The notes beneath the pieces were generated by a model. The model worked only from the letters and a program-made list of their open reading frames with translations. It searched no databases and had not been told where the DNA came from. Both the position numbers and the translations under genes were made by a program. Below are positions 29,741 to 40,516 of a stretch of DNA of 64,000 nucleotides, in pieces. Source of the DNA: an uncultured Planctomycetota bacterium (GTDB lineage: Bacteria > Planctomycetota > Planctomycetia > Isosphaerales > Isosphaeraceae); NCBI GenBank assembly GCA_963737655.1, contig CAVTTN010000002.1:6304001-6368000 (forward strand). The letters run 5' to 3'. Numbering within the stretch: position 1 is the stretch's first letter; each line of letters starts with the position of its first letter.

Positions 29741-30127
29741 TCACGACGCGATCGAATCGGCCGTCGGGGCGAGCCGGGCCTCGATCTTCTCGAGGAGCCG
29801 GGGGAACTCGACGGGCTTGGTGTCGTAGTCGTCGCAACCGGCCTCCATGGCCCGCTCGCGGTCGCCGGCCATGGCGTGGGCGGTCAGGGCGATGATCGGG
29901 GTGGCGGCGGTCCTCGGGTCGGCCTTCAGCCGACGGGCCGCCTCCCAGCCGTCGATCTCCGGCAGGCTCATGTCGAGCAGGATCAGGTCGAACGGCTCGC
30001 TCGTGGCGGCCTCGATCCCCCGCCGGCCGTCGGCGGCCGTGGCGACGGCGAACCCCTTGCGCTCGAGCCTCCGGGTGAGCATGTCCCGGTTCATCTCGTT
30101 GTCTTCGACCAGCAGGATTTTCGGCAT
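29741..30127 (-). CDS. Single-domain response regulator, paralog of the neighbouring one
   Basis: MPKILLVEDNE, DLILLD, IIALTAHAMAGDRE, TKP. Confidence 0.93.
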   Translation of the reverse strand: MPKILLVEDNEMNRDMLTRRLERKGFAVATAADGRRGIEAATSEPFDLILLDMSLPEIDGWEAARRLKADPRTAATPIIALTAHAMAGDRERAMEAGCDDYDTKPVEFPRLLEKIEARLAPTADSIAS

Positions 30128-30172
30128 ATTGATATCCGTCCTCATCCTTGATCGGTGGACGTGGGGGTCTTC

Positions 30173-33100
30173 TCATCCGGGGTGGTGGGCGGCCGCGATC
30201 TTGGTCCGGATGCGGTCGGCGAGCTCTCGGCGGATCTCTTCCATCAGCGTGGCCCGCGAGTGCTCGCCTTTCTGCAACACCCGGTGGACCTTGCCGTTGA
30301 GGCGTTGGCGGTCGTCGGGCGAGAGGTCCTTGGCGGTCAGGACGACGATCGGGATCGTCCGCCATCGGGCGTCGCGGCGGATCTCGGTCGCGAAGGCGAA
30401 CCCGTCCATCTCGGGCATCATCAGGTCCAGGAGGATCAGGTCCGGCGGCGCCTGGGCCACGCGGTCCAGCCCCACCTGCCCGTTCTCCGCCTCGACCACG
30501 GTCCACCCGTCATCCTCAAGCATCTGGCGTGCCAATTCCCGGGTCGCCTGGTCGTCCTCGATCACCAGGGCGGTGCCCCGGGCGGTCCCCCGGCGGTGCT
30601 TTCGCAGGACCGAGGCCAGGCGCTCGCGGTCGATCGGCTTGGTGAGGTAGTCGGCCGCGCCGAGGGCGTAGCCGAGGTTCTTGTCATCGACGATCGTGAC
30701 CATCACCACCGGGATCTCGGCCGTGAGCGGGTCGGACTTCAGCGACGAGAGCACGGCCCAGCCGTCCATGCCGGGCATCATCACGTCGAGGGTGATCGCC
30801 TCGGGCTTCAGCTCCCGGGCCTTCCGCAACCCCTCCTCGCCGCTGGAGGCGCACTCGACGCGGAACCCCTCCCGGCCCAGGGAGCGGGTCATGAGGTCGC
30901 GGACCGTCGGATCGTCGTCCACCACCAGGATCAGGCTGCCGGCCTCGGCGCCGACCTGGGGGCGGATGTCCCCGGGGGCCGAGGTGTCGCCCAGCCTCTC
31001 GGGGACGTCGGCCGGGAGGCGGACGGTGAACGTCGAGCCCTGCCCCGGCTCGCTCGCCACCACGATGTCGCCGCCCATCATCTGGCAGAACCGCCGGGTG
31101 ATCGCCAGGCCCAGGCCGGTGCCGCCGTACTTCCGCGTGGTCGAGGCGTCGGCCTGGGTGAACGGCTGGAACAGCTTGGCCAGGCCCTCGGCCGTCATCC
31201 CGATCCCGCTGTCGGTCACGCGGAAGACCATCCATTCGCGGCCGTCGGCCTGTTCGCGATTCGCCTCCAGGACGATCCGGCCGCTCTCGGTGAACTTGCT
31301 GGCGTTGCTCAGGAGGTTGAGCAGGACCTGGCGGACCTTCGTGAGGTCGGCGCGCATCGGCCCGAGGCCCTCGCCGGCCCTCAGGTCCAGGGTGTTCGCC
31401 TTCTTCTCCACCAGAGGCTCGACCGTCCCCACCACGCCCCGGAGCATCTCGCCGACGTCGAACGTCTCGAGATACAGATCCATCTTGCCGGCCTCGATCT
31501 TCGAGAGGTCGAGGATGTCGTTGATCAGCCCGAGCAGGTGCTTGCCGGCGGTGTGGATCTTGTTCAGGTCGGCGGCGTTCTCGGCCCGGCCGTCGTCCTC
31601 GGCCTCCTCCTGGAGCATCTCGCTGTAGCCGATGATGGCGTTCAGGGGGGTCCGCAGCTCGTGGCTCATGTTGGCGAGGAAGGTGCTCTTGGAGCGGCTG
31701 GCGGCCTCGGCGGCCTCCTTGGCGTCGCGGAGGGCGTCCTCGGTCTGCCTCTGCTCGGTCACGTCGGTGTTCGTGCCGAACCACCGGACGATCCGCCCGG
31801 CCTCGTTCCTCACGGGCAGGGCCCGCGAGAGGTGCCATCGCATGGCGCCGTCGTGGCGGCGGAGGGGGAAGGTGTCCTCCCACGGCTCCCCGCTGGAGAT
31901 GGCGGCCTTGTACTTCTCCAGGACCGCCGGCAGGAGCTCCGGGTCGTGGACCTTCTTCCACCCCCAGCCTTCCATCTCCTCGGGAGACGTTCCGGTATAT
32001 TCATGCCATCGTTTGTTGTACCAGAAGATCGAGCCGTCGGGCCGGGCCATCCACGCCAGTTGCGGGATCGAGTCGGCCATCACGCTGAACCGTTCCTCGC
32101 TCTCCCGGCGGGCCTCCTCGGCCCTCTTCTGGGCGGTGATGTCGTCGTGGACGCCGATCCACTCGCGGATCGAGCCGTCCTCGGCCATCACCGGGACGGC
32201 CCTGGCGCTCATGATCCGGTACTGGCCGTCCCGGCGGCGGAGCCGGTGCTCGGTCGAGTAGGTCTCGCCGCCGGCGAGCGAGTCGGCCCAGGCGGCCAGG
32301 GTGGCGTCGCGGTCGTCGGGGTGGACCGCCTCGATCCAGCCCAGCCCTCGCGACTGCCCGGCGGTCTGGCCGGTGAACGCCTCCCACGCCTCCTGCTCCT
32401 CGACGAACTCGCCCGAGGCCGACGTGGACCAGACGATCGCCGCCGTCGCCTCGATCAGCGATCGGAACCTCTCCTCGCTCCTCGCCAGGTTCGCCTCCGC
32501 CCGTTTCCTCTCGGTGATGTCGGTCTGGACGCCCACGAAATGGGCCACCCGGCCCGTCGCGTCCTCCACGGGCGAGATCGTCAGCGAGTTCCAGAACGGC
32601 GAGCCGTCCTTCCGGTAGTTCAGCAGCTCGACCTCGCACGAGCCCTTCGTGCGGATCGCTTCGCGGATCGTCGCGATCGCCCCGGGATCGGTCCCCGGGC
32701 CCTGGAGGAACCGGCAATTCCGGCCGAGGATCTCGTCGTGAGAGTACCCCGTGATCTTCTCGAACGCGGGGTTGGCGTAGATGATCCGGTCGTCCGGGCC
32801 GAGGGCGTCGACGAGGATCAGGCCCTGGGAGATCGCGTCGATGGCGCGGTCGCGGAGGTGCATCCCTTCCTCCGCCCGCCTCCTCCGGGAGATGTCCACG
32901 AAGCTGATCACCGCGCCCACCCGGCGGCCGTCGTCGCGGATCGGGAACGAGCGGTACTCGACGGGGAAGCTCGAGCCGTCGGCCTTCCAGAACACCTCGT
33001 CATCCACCTGGGCCGAAACCCCGACCTGCGACGCCCGGTAGATCCGGCACTGCTCGACCGGCAGGGGCGAGCCGTCGGGCCGGGTGTGGTGGATCAACGA

Positions 33101-33923
33101 ATGCATGTCCCGGCCGATCAGGGCCGACGGGTCCTCGTAGCCCAGGAGCCGGGCGCAGGCCGGGTTGCTGAACGTGCAATGCCCCTCGGTGTCGATCCCA
33201 TAAATCCCCTCGCCGGTCGAATCCAGGAGCAGGCGGACCCGCGACTCGCTCTCGCGGATCGCGGCCTCGTCTCGGCGGCGGCGGCGGCTGTCGCGATTCA
33301 GGAGCATGTACACCGACCCGAGCAGGAGCAGGCCCAGGGCGGTGGCCGCGACGAACGCGACCGTCGTGCCCCGGAGGCTCGACCGCGACTCAAACCGCCT
33401 GGCCACGAGCAGGGCGTGCTCCTCCGTCGCGATCTCGTTGAGCCGCCCGAGAGGCCCGTCGATCGAGGTCTCGGTCGATCCGGCGATCAATCGGGGGAGG
33501 ACCGCGTTGAGGCCGCCCTCCTTCCTCGCCTCGATCATGGCGCGGATCGCCGCGAGCTTCACGTCGAGTTCGTTCCGAAGCGCCGCGATCCGAGCCTGCT
33601 GGCGCTCATTGTCCTCGGTCATCCTCGCGAGCCGGTCGAGCCGGTCCCGGGCGTCGTCGGCCGACCCGGCGAACCTCGCCCGCTTCGCCTCGTCGCCGGT
33701 GAGGAGGTAATCGCGCTGGCTGGTCCGGGCGTCGCGGAGGGCCGTGCCGGTCGATTCGACGACGGCGAGGACGTCCAGCGTATGGACGACCCACGCCTCG
33801 TTGCCGACGAGGCGGCGGATGTTCGAGTACGTGACCATCGCGTTGAGGACCAGGGCCACGAAGGCCAGGCCGAAGCCCAGGGCGAGGGTCCGTTCGGTCG
33901 TTCGGGCGCTGATCTCAGGGGGG
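30173..33923 (-). CDS. Hybrid sensor kinase: TM-CHASE3-TM-PAS-LOV-PAS-PAS-HisKA-HATPase-REC-REC; probably the C-terminal part of a fusion with the upstream REC-PP2C gene
   Basis: WVVHTLDVL...QRDYLLTGD (CHASE3); GRNCRFLQG (LOV, 32699-32725); MSHELRTPLN; NLLSNASKFT; DSGIG; GGTGLGL; two REC domains. No ATG in frame upstream of the first TM helix. Confidence 0.9.
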
Positions 33924-35172
33924 CCCTCGAAGCGGCGTCGGCCGAGAGCTCGACGGCGAGTAAGGAGATGTCATCGCTCGGCCCGGCCTCGCCGCACCAG
34001 CGTTCCAGGGCGGCCTGGAGGTCGTCCAGGAGCGAGCCCAGGGGCCGACCCCGGCCGTCCTCGAAGAAGCCGGCCAGCCTCGTCTCGCCGAACGCCTCGC
34101 CGTCGGGCGCCGAGGCGTCCGGCACGCCGTCGGAGAACAGGAACAGGCGGTCGCCGGGGCGGAGGGTCACCGAATGCGACCGATACGGCAATTCCATCAC
34201 GCCGATGGGATAGCTCCGGCCCAGGATCGCCCGGGGCGGGCCCTCCCCCGGCACCAGCAACGGCGCCGGGTGGCCGGCCGAGACGAACCGGAACTCGCCC
34301 GAGGGGACGTCCAGGACGCCGAACGCCAGGGTGAAGAACTGCTCGGTGTCCAGGTCGAACCGGAACCGCCGGTTCAGCTCGTCGGCCACGGCCTCGGGGG
34401 CCGGGAACCCCGAGTCGGAGGCCGAGAGGATCGACGCCGGGTCCGGCGGGGGCGCCAGGGCCCGGGCCACGGAGACCGACAGCAACGCCGAGGCCACCCC
34501 ATGACCGCTGACATCCAGCACATACATCACGACCCGCCGATCGTCGATCGCGAACGCGTTCAGGCCGTCGCCGGCGAGCTCCTCGCACGGCCGGAACACC
34601 CAGGCGAACGACGCGCCGGAGACCTCCGGCGGCCTCCTCGGCAGGAACCCCGCCTGGACCTTCGCCGCCGCCTTCAGGTCGCGGCCGATCCGGGCGTTGA
34701 CCGCCTCCAGCCGCCGGTTCTTCTCCTCCAGCCCCCGTTCCAGCCTCATCACCTCGTCCATCGCCCTCTTCAACGAGAGCTGGGTCCGGACCCGGGCCAG
34801 GACGACGGGGAAATCCAGGGGCTTGGTCACGTAATCATTCGCGCCGAGGTCCAGGGCGCGGACGATGTCCGAACTCTGGTCGCGGGCCGTGGCCATGATG
34901 ACCGGCAGGGCGCTGGGGGAGTGGTCGCGGCGGAGGATTTCCAGGACGTCCAGCCCGTTGAACGCCCCGGGCATCATCACGTCGAGCAGGACGACGTCGA
35001 ACGCCGCCTCGCCGATCCTCCGCAGCGCCTGCTCGCCGTCGGCCACGGCCTCGACGACGAACCCCTTGCGCTCCAGCCTCCGGGAGAGCATGTCCCGGTT
35101 CATCTCGTCGTCGTCGACGACCAGCAGAGACCCCGGGGACGCGGGGTCAATCTCGGCGGAAATCGGCGGCAT
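33918..35172 (-). CDS. Response regulator + PP2C/SpoIIE (RsbU-like) phosphatase; no proper stop, joins the kinase frame at G6 33918-33923
   Basis: LLVVDDD...LLDVMMP...TKP; AGD, DVSGHG, SAGHP, FSDGV, DDISLL. The frame runs on as non-protein-like sequence over the kinase 5' end. Confidence 0.85.
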
Positions 35173-35348
35173 CGAGGGGAGTCCTTCTCCGCCCGCGGCG
35201 ACAAGGCGGGCCTCCTCCCAAGGCGGGCCCCGGCGGCTCGCGAACCCTCGCGGCGCACCCGGACCACCAGCCCCCCTCGGGTCTCAGGGCGGGAAACTCC
35301 CGCAACCGCCATGCCAAAGCCCGCAGGGCGGGGGACCCGCCGCGGCCC

Positions 35349-36326
35349 CTATCCCAGGATCTCATCGACCGGCAGCCGAGGACTCCGGGCCGACTCCCCC
35401 GAGATCCCCAATCGGAACAGGTTCACGTGCGACCATCCCTCGGGCACGCCAAACCGCGCGAGGACCGCCGGCCGGGTCCCCGGCTGGTCGACGGCCGCGC
35501 TGATCGGATGCGTCGCGAGCCCGCGAGAGGCCGCCGTGAGCCACGCTCGTTGCAGGGACCGCCCCGCCTCGATCCGCCTCGCCGCGCTGTCTCCATCGAC
35601 GATCAAGAGCGCAAGGGCCGGTGCCTCGGGGGCATTCTTCGCCAGGTCCCCCCCGAGGAACCGGGCCAACGGCGACCCGCCGAGCCTCAAGGCCCTCGGC
35701 GAGAGCAGGACCCTCAGCACCGCCGCCTCCGCCCGCGACCATCCCAGGCACGCCGCGTTCAGGCCGTCGCGGAACCATCGCCGGTCTCGTCGCGAGAACC
35801 GGACCCACTCGTAGAGTTCCGCCGAGACCGCCCGCTCCCGCAGTTGCTCGACGGTCGCCTCGGCCACCAGCCGGCGGACCGCCATCACGTCGTCGGGCCG
35901 CTCCAGGATCGCGAGCGAGCAAGGAGGGGCCACCGCCGCCGAGATCGCCGCGAGGTCGTCGGCCCCGATCGGCTCGCGACCATACGGCAGCCGGGAGGTC
36001 CGCCGGATCGGGATCATCCGGTACAGCGACGGGTCGGGCCTCGGCCCCTCCGATGGCGTCCAGCGGACGACCACTCCGCCTCGCAGATCCACCTCGTACC
36101 TCGCGACGAAGCCGAGATGCCCGAGCGTCAGCGACACGTTTTCGAGGCAGGCGCCCAGGGCATGGAGCGTCTCGACGCCCTCGGGGTCGATCGCCGGGAG
36201 CGAGCGATCCGCCCTCGGCGCGATCTCCAGGGAATCGCCGAGCCACCGCAACGCCCACGGCTGGGTGTTGTGGGCCGACGGGGCGCGGCTCGCGGCGTCG
36301 AGGAGGTGGCTCAGCAGGGAATCCAT
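35349..36326 (-). CDS. Acg-family / nitroreductase-like FMN-binding oxidoreductase
   Basis: ASRAPSAHNTQPW, LGACLEN, IPIRRTSRLPY, AGRSLQRAWLTA, FRLG...RSPRLP. Confidence 0.85.
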   Translation of the reverse strand: MDSLLSHLLDAASRAPSAHNTQPWALRWLGDSLEIAPRADRSLPAIDPEGVETLHALGACLENVSLTLGHLGFVARYEVDLRGGVVVRWTPSEGPRPDPSLYRMIPIRRTSRLPYGREPIGADDLAAISAAVAPPCSLAILERPDDVMAVRRLVAEATVEQLRERAVSAELYEWVRFSRRDRRWFRDGLNAACLGWSRAEAAVLRVLLSPRALRLGGSPLARFLGGDLAKNAPEAPALALLIVDGDSAARRIEAGRSLQRAWLTAASRGLATHPISAAVDQPGTRPAVLARFGVPEGWSHVNLFRLGISGESARSPRLPVDEILG

Positions 36327-36328
36327 GA

Positions 36329-37443
36329 TCAGATCGGCCTCTCGAACATCGCGAGCTCGTGAAGCGGGGCCATCCCCAGGGCGAGCGCCTCGGCCCGGCT
36401 CGCGGCGTTCTCCGAGGCCACCCAGGTGATCGCCAGGCTCGAATAGCCGCCCTCCTTCATCGCCCGGACCAGCGACGCGTTCAACGCCCGGCTGACCCCG
36501 AGGCCCTGATACGCCTTGCGGACGGCGAACAGGATCACCACCGCCGCCTCCGTCGGCGGCCTCCTCAACAGCCGGAACGCCGCCGGGTGGAGCATCCGGC
36601 CGCCCATGTCCCGGAGGATTCGGTTGAAATCGGGCGCCGCGAACGTCACGCCCACCGGGACCCCGCCGACCTCCGCCAGCAGCACGAGCGCCGGGTCGAG
36701 CATCGCGGCGATCGGCCCGACCTGGAACCGCCACTCCTCCCGGGTGATCGGCACGAACCCCCAATTGCCCAGGAACGCCGAGTTCACCAGCTCGCGGACG
36801 TGTTCCAGGTCCTCGTCCCGCCGATTCCCTCGGATCGGCCGGATCATCATGCCTAATTTTTTTTGGGTCTTGGCATGTTCGGGCGAGAGCATCCCATTCG
36901 GATCAAGCGCACTCGTATCCTCATTCCGCCATGTGGTCATCTCTAAACATCGGCGGAATCCGGCGCCCTCCAGGAGGCGCGGGTAATGCTCCGGGGTGAA
37001 CACCATGTCCGCGGCCGGGCGCGATCGAACCCGCGGACCACGATCCCCATCTCCTGGGCGGCCGTCATCTGGAACGGCCCGCGGAGCGTGGTCGCCCCGC
37101 ACCCCCGGGCGAATTCCGCCGCCGAATCGAGGAGGATCCCCGCCGTCTTCGCGTCGTCCTCGCACTCGAAGAAGCCGAAATAGCCGGCCTTCTCGCCGTG
37201 GACGCGCCCGTGACGGTCCCACACGTGGGCCAGAATCCGCCCCACCGCCCGACCGTCTCGCTCCACGAGGAACGCCCGCCCTCGGCCGTCGCGATAGAAC
37301 GGATTCCGGCCGCGATCGAGATAGTCCAGGACCGTCGAATCCAGGGGGCGGACCCACGGCGAATCGGCCGGGTACAACGCCCGGGCCAGCCGGACGAACC
37401 GGCGGCGGTCGGCCTTCGATTCCACCTCGACGATGCGATGCAT
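36329..37443 (-). CDS. Tandem-GNAT acyltransferase, YghO / bacterial ceramide synthase (bCerS)-like; one apparent frameshift
   Basis: LYPADSPWVRPL...NPFY...FLVERDGRAVGRI...YFGFFECEDD...LRGPF...HYPRLLEGAGF...NWGFVP...VRKAYQGLGV. Adding one base at 37017-37019 gives 371 aa. Confidence 0.75.
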
Positions 37444-37463
37444 GAATGTTCGAGCGTCCAACC

Positions 37464-38993
37464 TCAGAGGGTCTTGAGATATTCGAGCAACGATTTCTTG
37501 TCGGCCTCGGGCAGCTCGGAGCCGAACTCGTGCCCCGCGTTCCTGTTGCCCGGGGCGGACGTGTCGAACGGGAATTGCCGGGGCGAGGCCCTCTTGCCGG
37601 CTCGCGGGACGACGGTCCCGGGCGCGATCCCCTTGCCGGTGCTGGGGTTGTCGGGCCCGGGCCTCGCCTCCTCCTCGTAGAGCAATCCCACGCGGTCGAG
37701 GTCGTACCCCGTGTCGCCCCCGACGAAGAATTTCGCCGGCCTCTCCTCGGCCGGGCGGAGGAGGTCGGCGAGCGTCGGCACCGAGCCGTTGTGGAGGTAC
37801 GGGCCCCGGCACCACAGCCCCGAGAGCACCGGGGGAACATATCCCGACGTCTTCTCCAGCCTCACGAACTTCGCGAAATCCCCCCGCGATCGCACCTCGA
37901 CCAGCGCATCGGTCACGGATCGGACGCGGTCCGGATCGGTGCCAATCACGTCGAGCGCGACGACCTTCTCCTTGTACTTCACCGAGCCGTCGGCCCCGTA
38001 GGAGCCGTGGCACCGCCCGCAATTCTCCGTGAAAATCGCCTTGCCGCGCGCCGCCTCCGTCGCGTCGACCGGCCGGGGGTAGGCGGGGGCGCGGAGCGTC
38101 TTCAAGTACTCGTGAACGGATCGCCACCTGGGTTCGCGACGAAGGATGTCCCTGGCCGGCATGTGCTTGTTGAATTCGACGGCCGCCAGCGCGATGGCCA
38201 TGTCGCCGGTCAGCGAGCCATCGACGCCGAAGGTGGCGCGATGCGGGTGGGTCCAGACCGCCGGGAGCTTCACCAGCCCATACGGAGGGCCGATCGGCAC
38301 GCCCGAGACCTCCTTGGCGAACTCGATCGGCGTATTGCGGCCCGGACCGGCATCCACGTTCGAGAGGCCGCCCCAGGCGTCGGCCGTCGGCTTGCCCGCC
38401 ATCGCCTTGAGCGAACGAATCGCCTCGCCGGTCACGAATTCGGCCCGTTTTCCCCAGGGGATCGCGTGGTCCTTCGCCACTTTCCGGCATGTTTCCATCA
38501 TCGAATCCGCGTTGAAATCCGAACGTGCCGCGATCCTCATCACGGCATGATTCATCGCGTTCAATCGGAGGTTCCGGTTCCCCAGGCCCGGCACCGGCTT
38601 GCCGTCGACGACGCCCGTGTGGCACAGCGAGCAGTTGGTCATGAGGAAATCGGTGCCCGAGAGCCGGTCGTGATGCCGGACGAACCCGACGGGCAAACCC
38701 TCCGGGTCGGCGGGATCGACGAGGGTGCCGAACTTCTCGCAGAAGGCCGGGCGGTCTCGCCCGAGCTCCTCCGGATAGCGGTCCATCGCCGCCAGGGCGA
38801 GGGCGTAGGGCAGCCCGGTCTGGTACGGCGAGCCGAAGTCGCGATGGCGGAAGTACGCCCGGCCCGACTCGGCCGACACGGGCAGGTCGGGCTCCTCGGC
38901 CGTCAGCCAGGAATAGACGCCGAACCCCGCCCCGCCGATCGCCAGCAACGCCACGCCCACGCCCAGGGCGATCCGCTTGACCTTCCGGCTCAT
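37464..38993 (-). CDS. RoxA-like di-heme cytochrome c (rubber-oxygenase/bCcP-MauG superfamily), N-terminally anchored
   Basis: NCSLCH and NCGRCH; GPGRNTP; IGTDPDR; GYVPPVLSGLWCRGPYLHNGSVPTLADLL; FDTSAPGNRNAGHEFG. Confidence 0.85.
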   Translation of the reverse strand: MSRKVKRIALGVGVALLAIGGAGFGVYSWLTAEEPDLPVSAESGRAYFRHRDFGSPYQTGLPYALALAAMDRYPEELGRDRPAFCEKFGTLVDPADPEGLPVGFVRHHDRLSGTDFLMTNCSLCHTGVVDGKPVPGLGNRNLRLNAMNHAVMRIAARSDFNADSMMETCRKVAKDHAIPWGKRAEFVTGEAIRSLKAMAGKPTADAWGGLSNVDAGPGRNTPIEFAKEVSGVPIGPPYGLVKLPAVWTHPHRATFGVDGSLTGDMAIALAAVEFNKHMPARDILRREPRWRSVHEYLKTLRAPAYPRPVDATEAARGKAIFTENCGRCHGSYGADGSVKYKEKVVALDVIGTDPDRVRSVTDALVEVRSRGDFAKFVRLEKTSGYVPPVLSGLWCRGPYLHNGSVPTLADLLRPAEERPAKFFVGGDTGYDLDRVGLLYEEEARPGPDNPSTGKGIAPGTVVPRAGKRASPRQFPFDTSAPGNRNAGHEFGSELPEADKKSLLEYLKTL

Positions 38994-40516
38994 CGCGCGG
39001 CCTCCGTCGGGGAGATTGCGGGCATGGAATCGTGCGAAGAGATGTATTGATGCTTGATCCGCTCGCCGGCGAACGGCCCCTGCCGGTGCCCGTGGACCCG
39101 GAATTCGAACTTCAGGGCGTCGGCATACTCGGTCTTCGCGTTGCGGAAGTCGGAATTGAGAGATTCCAGGGCCCGGCCGATCGATTCGGCGATCGCCGCC
39201 TCGTCCAGGGAAGGCGGGTCGCCATCGCCCCACTCCACGTCCAGCCTCGGCCGGACGTTCCCCTCGCCGTCCCCCGCCACGCGGACCTGGAACGACGCCA
39301 TCCCGGCCGAGACCTCGGGGATCGCGTAGAGGACGCGCTCCAGGTCCGCCGTATAGATATTCGCACCCATGATGCTGATCGTCGCGTCCTTCCGGCCGAA
39401 GAGGATCAGGTACGGGAACGGCAGGGCGTCCTCGGGAGGGGACGCCACCTCCTCGCCGATCGCCCGGAGGGCCTTCGTCACGGCCGCCCTCGTCATCAGC
39501 TTCGCCTCGTCGCCGATGTTGTAGCGGACCCTCGGCGAGAGCACCCGCGAATACGTGAGCGTGACGATCAATTCTTCATTATCATTGGTTTCCATGTAAT
39601 GAGTCATGGGATTGTACTGGAAGACCATCGGCACGCGATGGTCGCCGCCGATCAAGGCGTCGCGGGCGTCGGCGCGGTCGTGCAGGAGCGATCGGACGCG
39701 GACCGTCTCGGCCGTCTCGACGGCGATCCCCATCGCCAGGTCCGAGGCGCCGTAGCCGCTGAAGCAGGTGCGGAAGTCGCGGAGGAGGTAGCGGCGGAGG
39801 TCCTCGCCCATCCCCTCGCCGCCCACCAGCGCGTGCATCTCGTAGTCTTTCAGGGGGAAGCCCTTGCGGCGGAGGGTGTCGGCCAGGAGCTTCAGGAACG
39901 GCGGGTAGCCGCAGACGAAATAGCCCGGCCCGGGCCCGAAGAATTCGAGGGTGTGGCAAATCTTGTCGATGTCGGGCCCCGTGGATTTGACCACGCCGTG
40001 GAGCTCCAGCGCCTCGCCGACGTTCACGCCGGTGGCCCAGGCGCCCATGCTGAAGGCGTTGATGGCGATCCTCGGCGCCTCGCCGTAGGTCCACCCCAGC
40101 ATCCGGGCCATCTCCAGGCGCATCCGGCACCGCTCGCGATGGCCGCGGACCCAGTTGTACGGCCTCCCCGTCGAGCCCGACGACTCGTCGATCGCCACGC
40201 CCGCCGCCACGAATCCCCCGCCGGCGCAGCGGGCCTCGGTCGGGAAGGCGCGAATATAACTGTCCTTGGACATGACGGGCACCCGATCGAACGGGACGTC
40301 CGGCCGATCGAGCCCGTGACGGGCGAGGAACTCGCGATACGCGGGGACGCACCGCCACGCCCGCCACGCGGCGAGGGTCGCGCGGTCCTTGCCTTCCCGG
40401 GCCGCCCAACCCTCGTCGAGCTCTCGCAACGATCGGCGAAACAGCGAGGGACGGCGGAGGATCCGCTCCTCGACCGCCTCCTTGCCGCGCAGGAAGGCTT
40501 CCCGGAGACCCAGCAT
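38990..40516 (-). CDS. Phenylacetate-CoA ligase (PaaK)-like adenylate-forming enzyme
   Basis: VPAYREFL, SSGSTGRP P-loop, GGE, YGASD, RYNIGD, GRKD, C-terminal Lys (RIKH); GGAGG RBS before ATG 40516. Confidence 0.88.
   Translation of the reverse strand: MLGLREAFLRGKEAVEERILRRPSLFRRSLRELDEGWAAREGKDRATLAAWRAWRCVPAYREFLARHGLDRPDVPFDRVPVMSKDSYIRAFPTEARCAGGGFVAAGVAIDESSGSTGRPYNWVRGHRERCRMRLEMARMLGWTYGEAPRIAINAFSMGAWATGVNVGEALELHGVVKSTGPDIDKICHTLEFFGPGPGYFVCGYPPFLKLLADTLRRKGFPLKDYEMHALVGGEGMGEDLRRYLLRDFRTCFSGYGASDLAMGIAVETAETVRVRSLLHDRADARDALIGGDHRVPMVFQYNPMTHYMETNDNEELIVTLTYSRVLSPRVRYNIGDEAKLMTRAAVTKALRAIGEEVASPPEDALPFPYLILFGRKDATISIMGANIYTADLERVLYAIPEVSAGMASFQVRVAGDGEGNVRPRLDVEWGDGDPPSLDEAAIAESIGRALESLNSDFRNAKTEYADALKFEFRVHGHRQGPFAGERIKHQYISSHDSMPAISPTEAAR

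Noticed and set aside
36329..37443. Calling a ceramide biosynthesis locus
   Set aside because: The family resemblance covers the GNAT only. No serine palmitoyltransferase, ACP or ceramide reductase is in the window.
38990..40516. Calling the ligase paaK of phenylacetate catabolism
   Set aside because: No other paa genes are nearby and the operon context differs, so no gene symbol was assigned.
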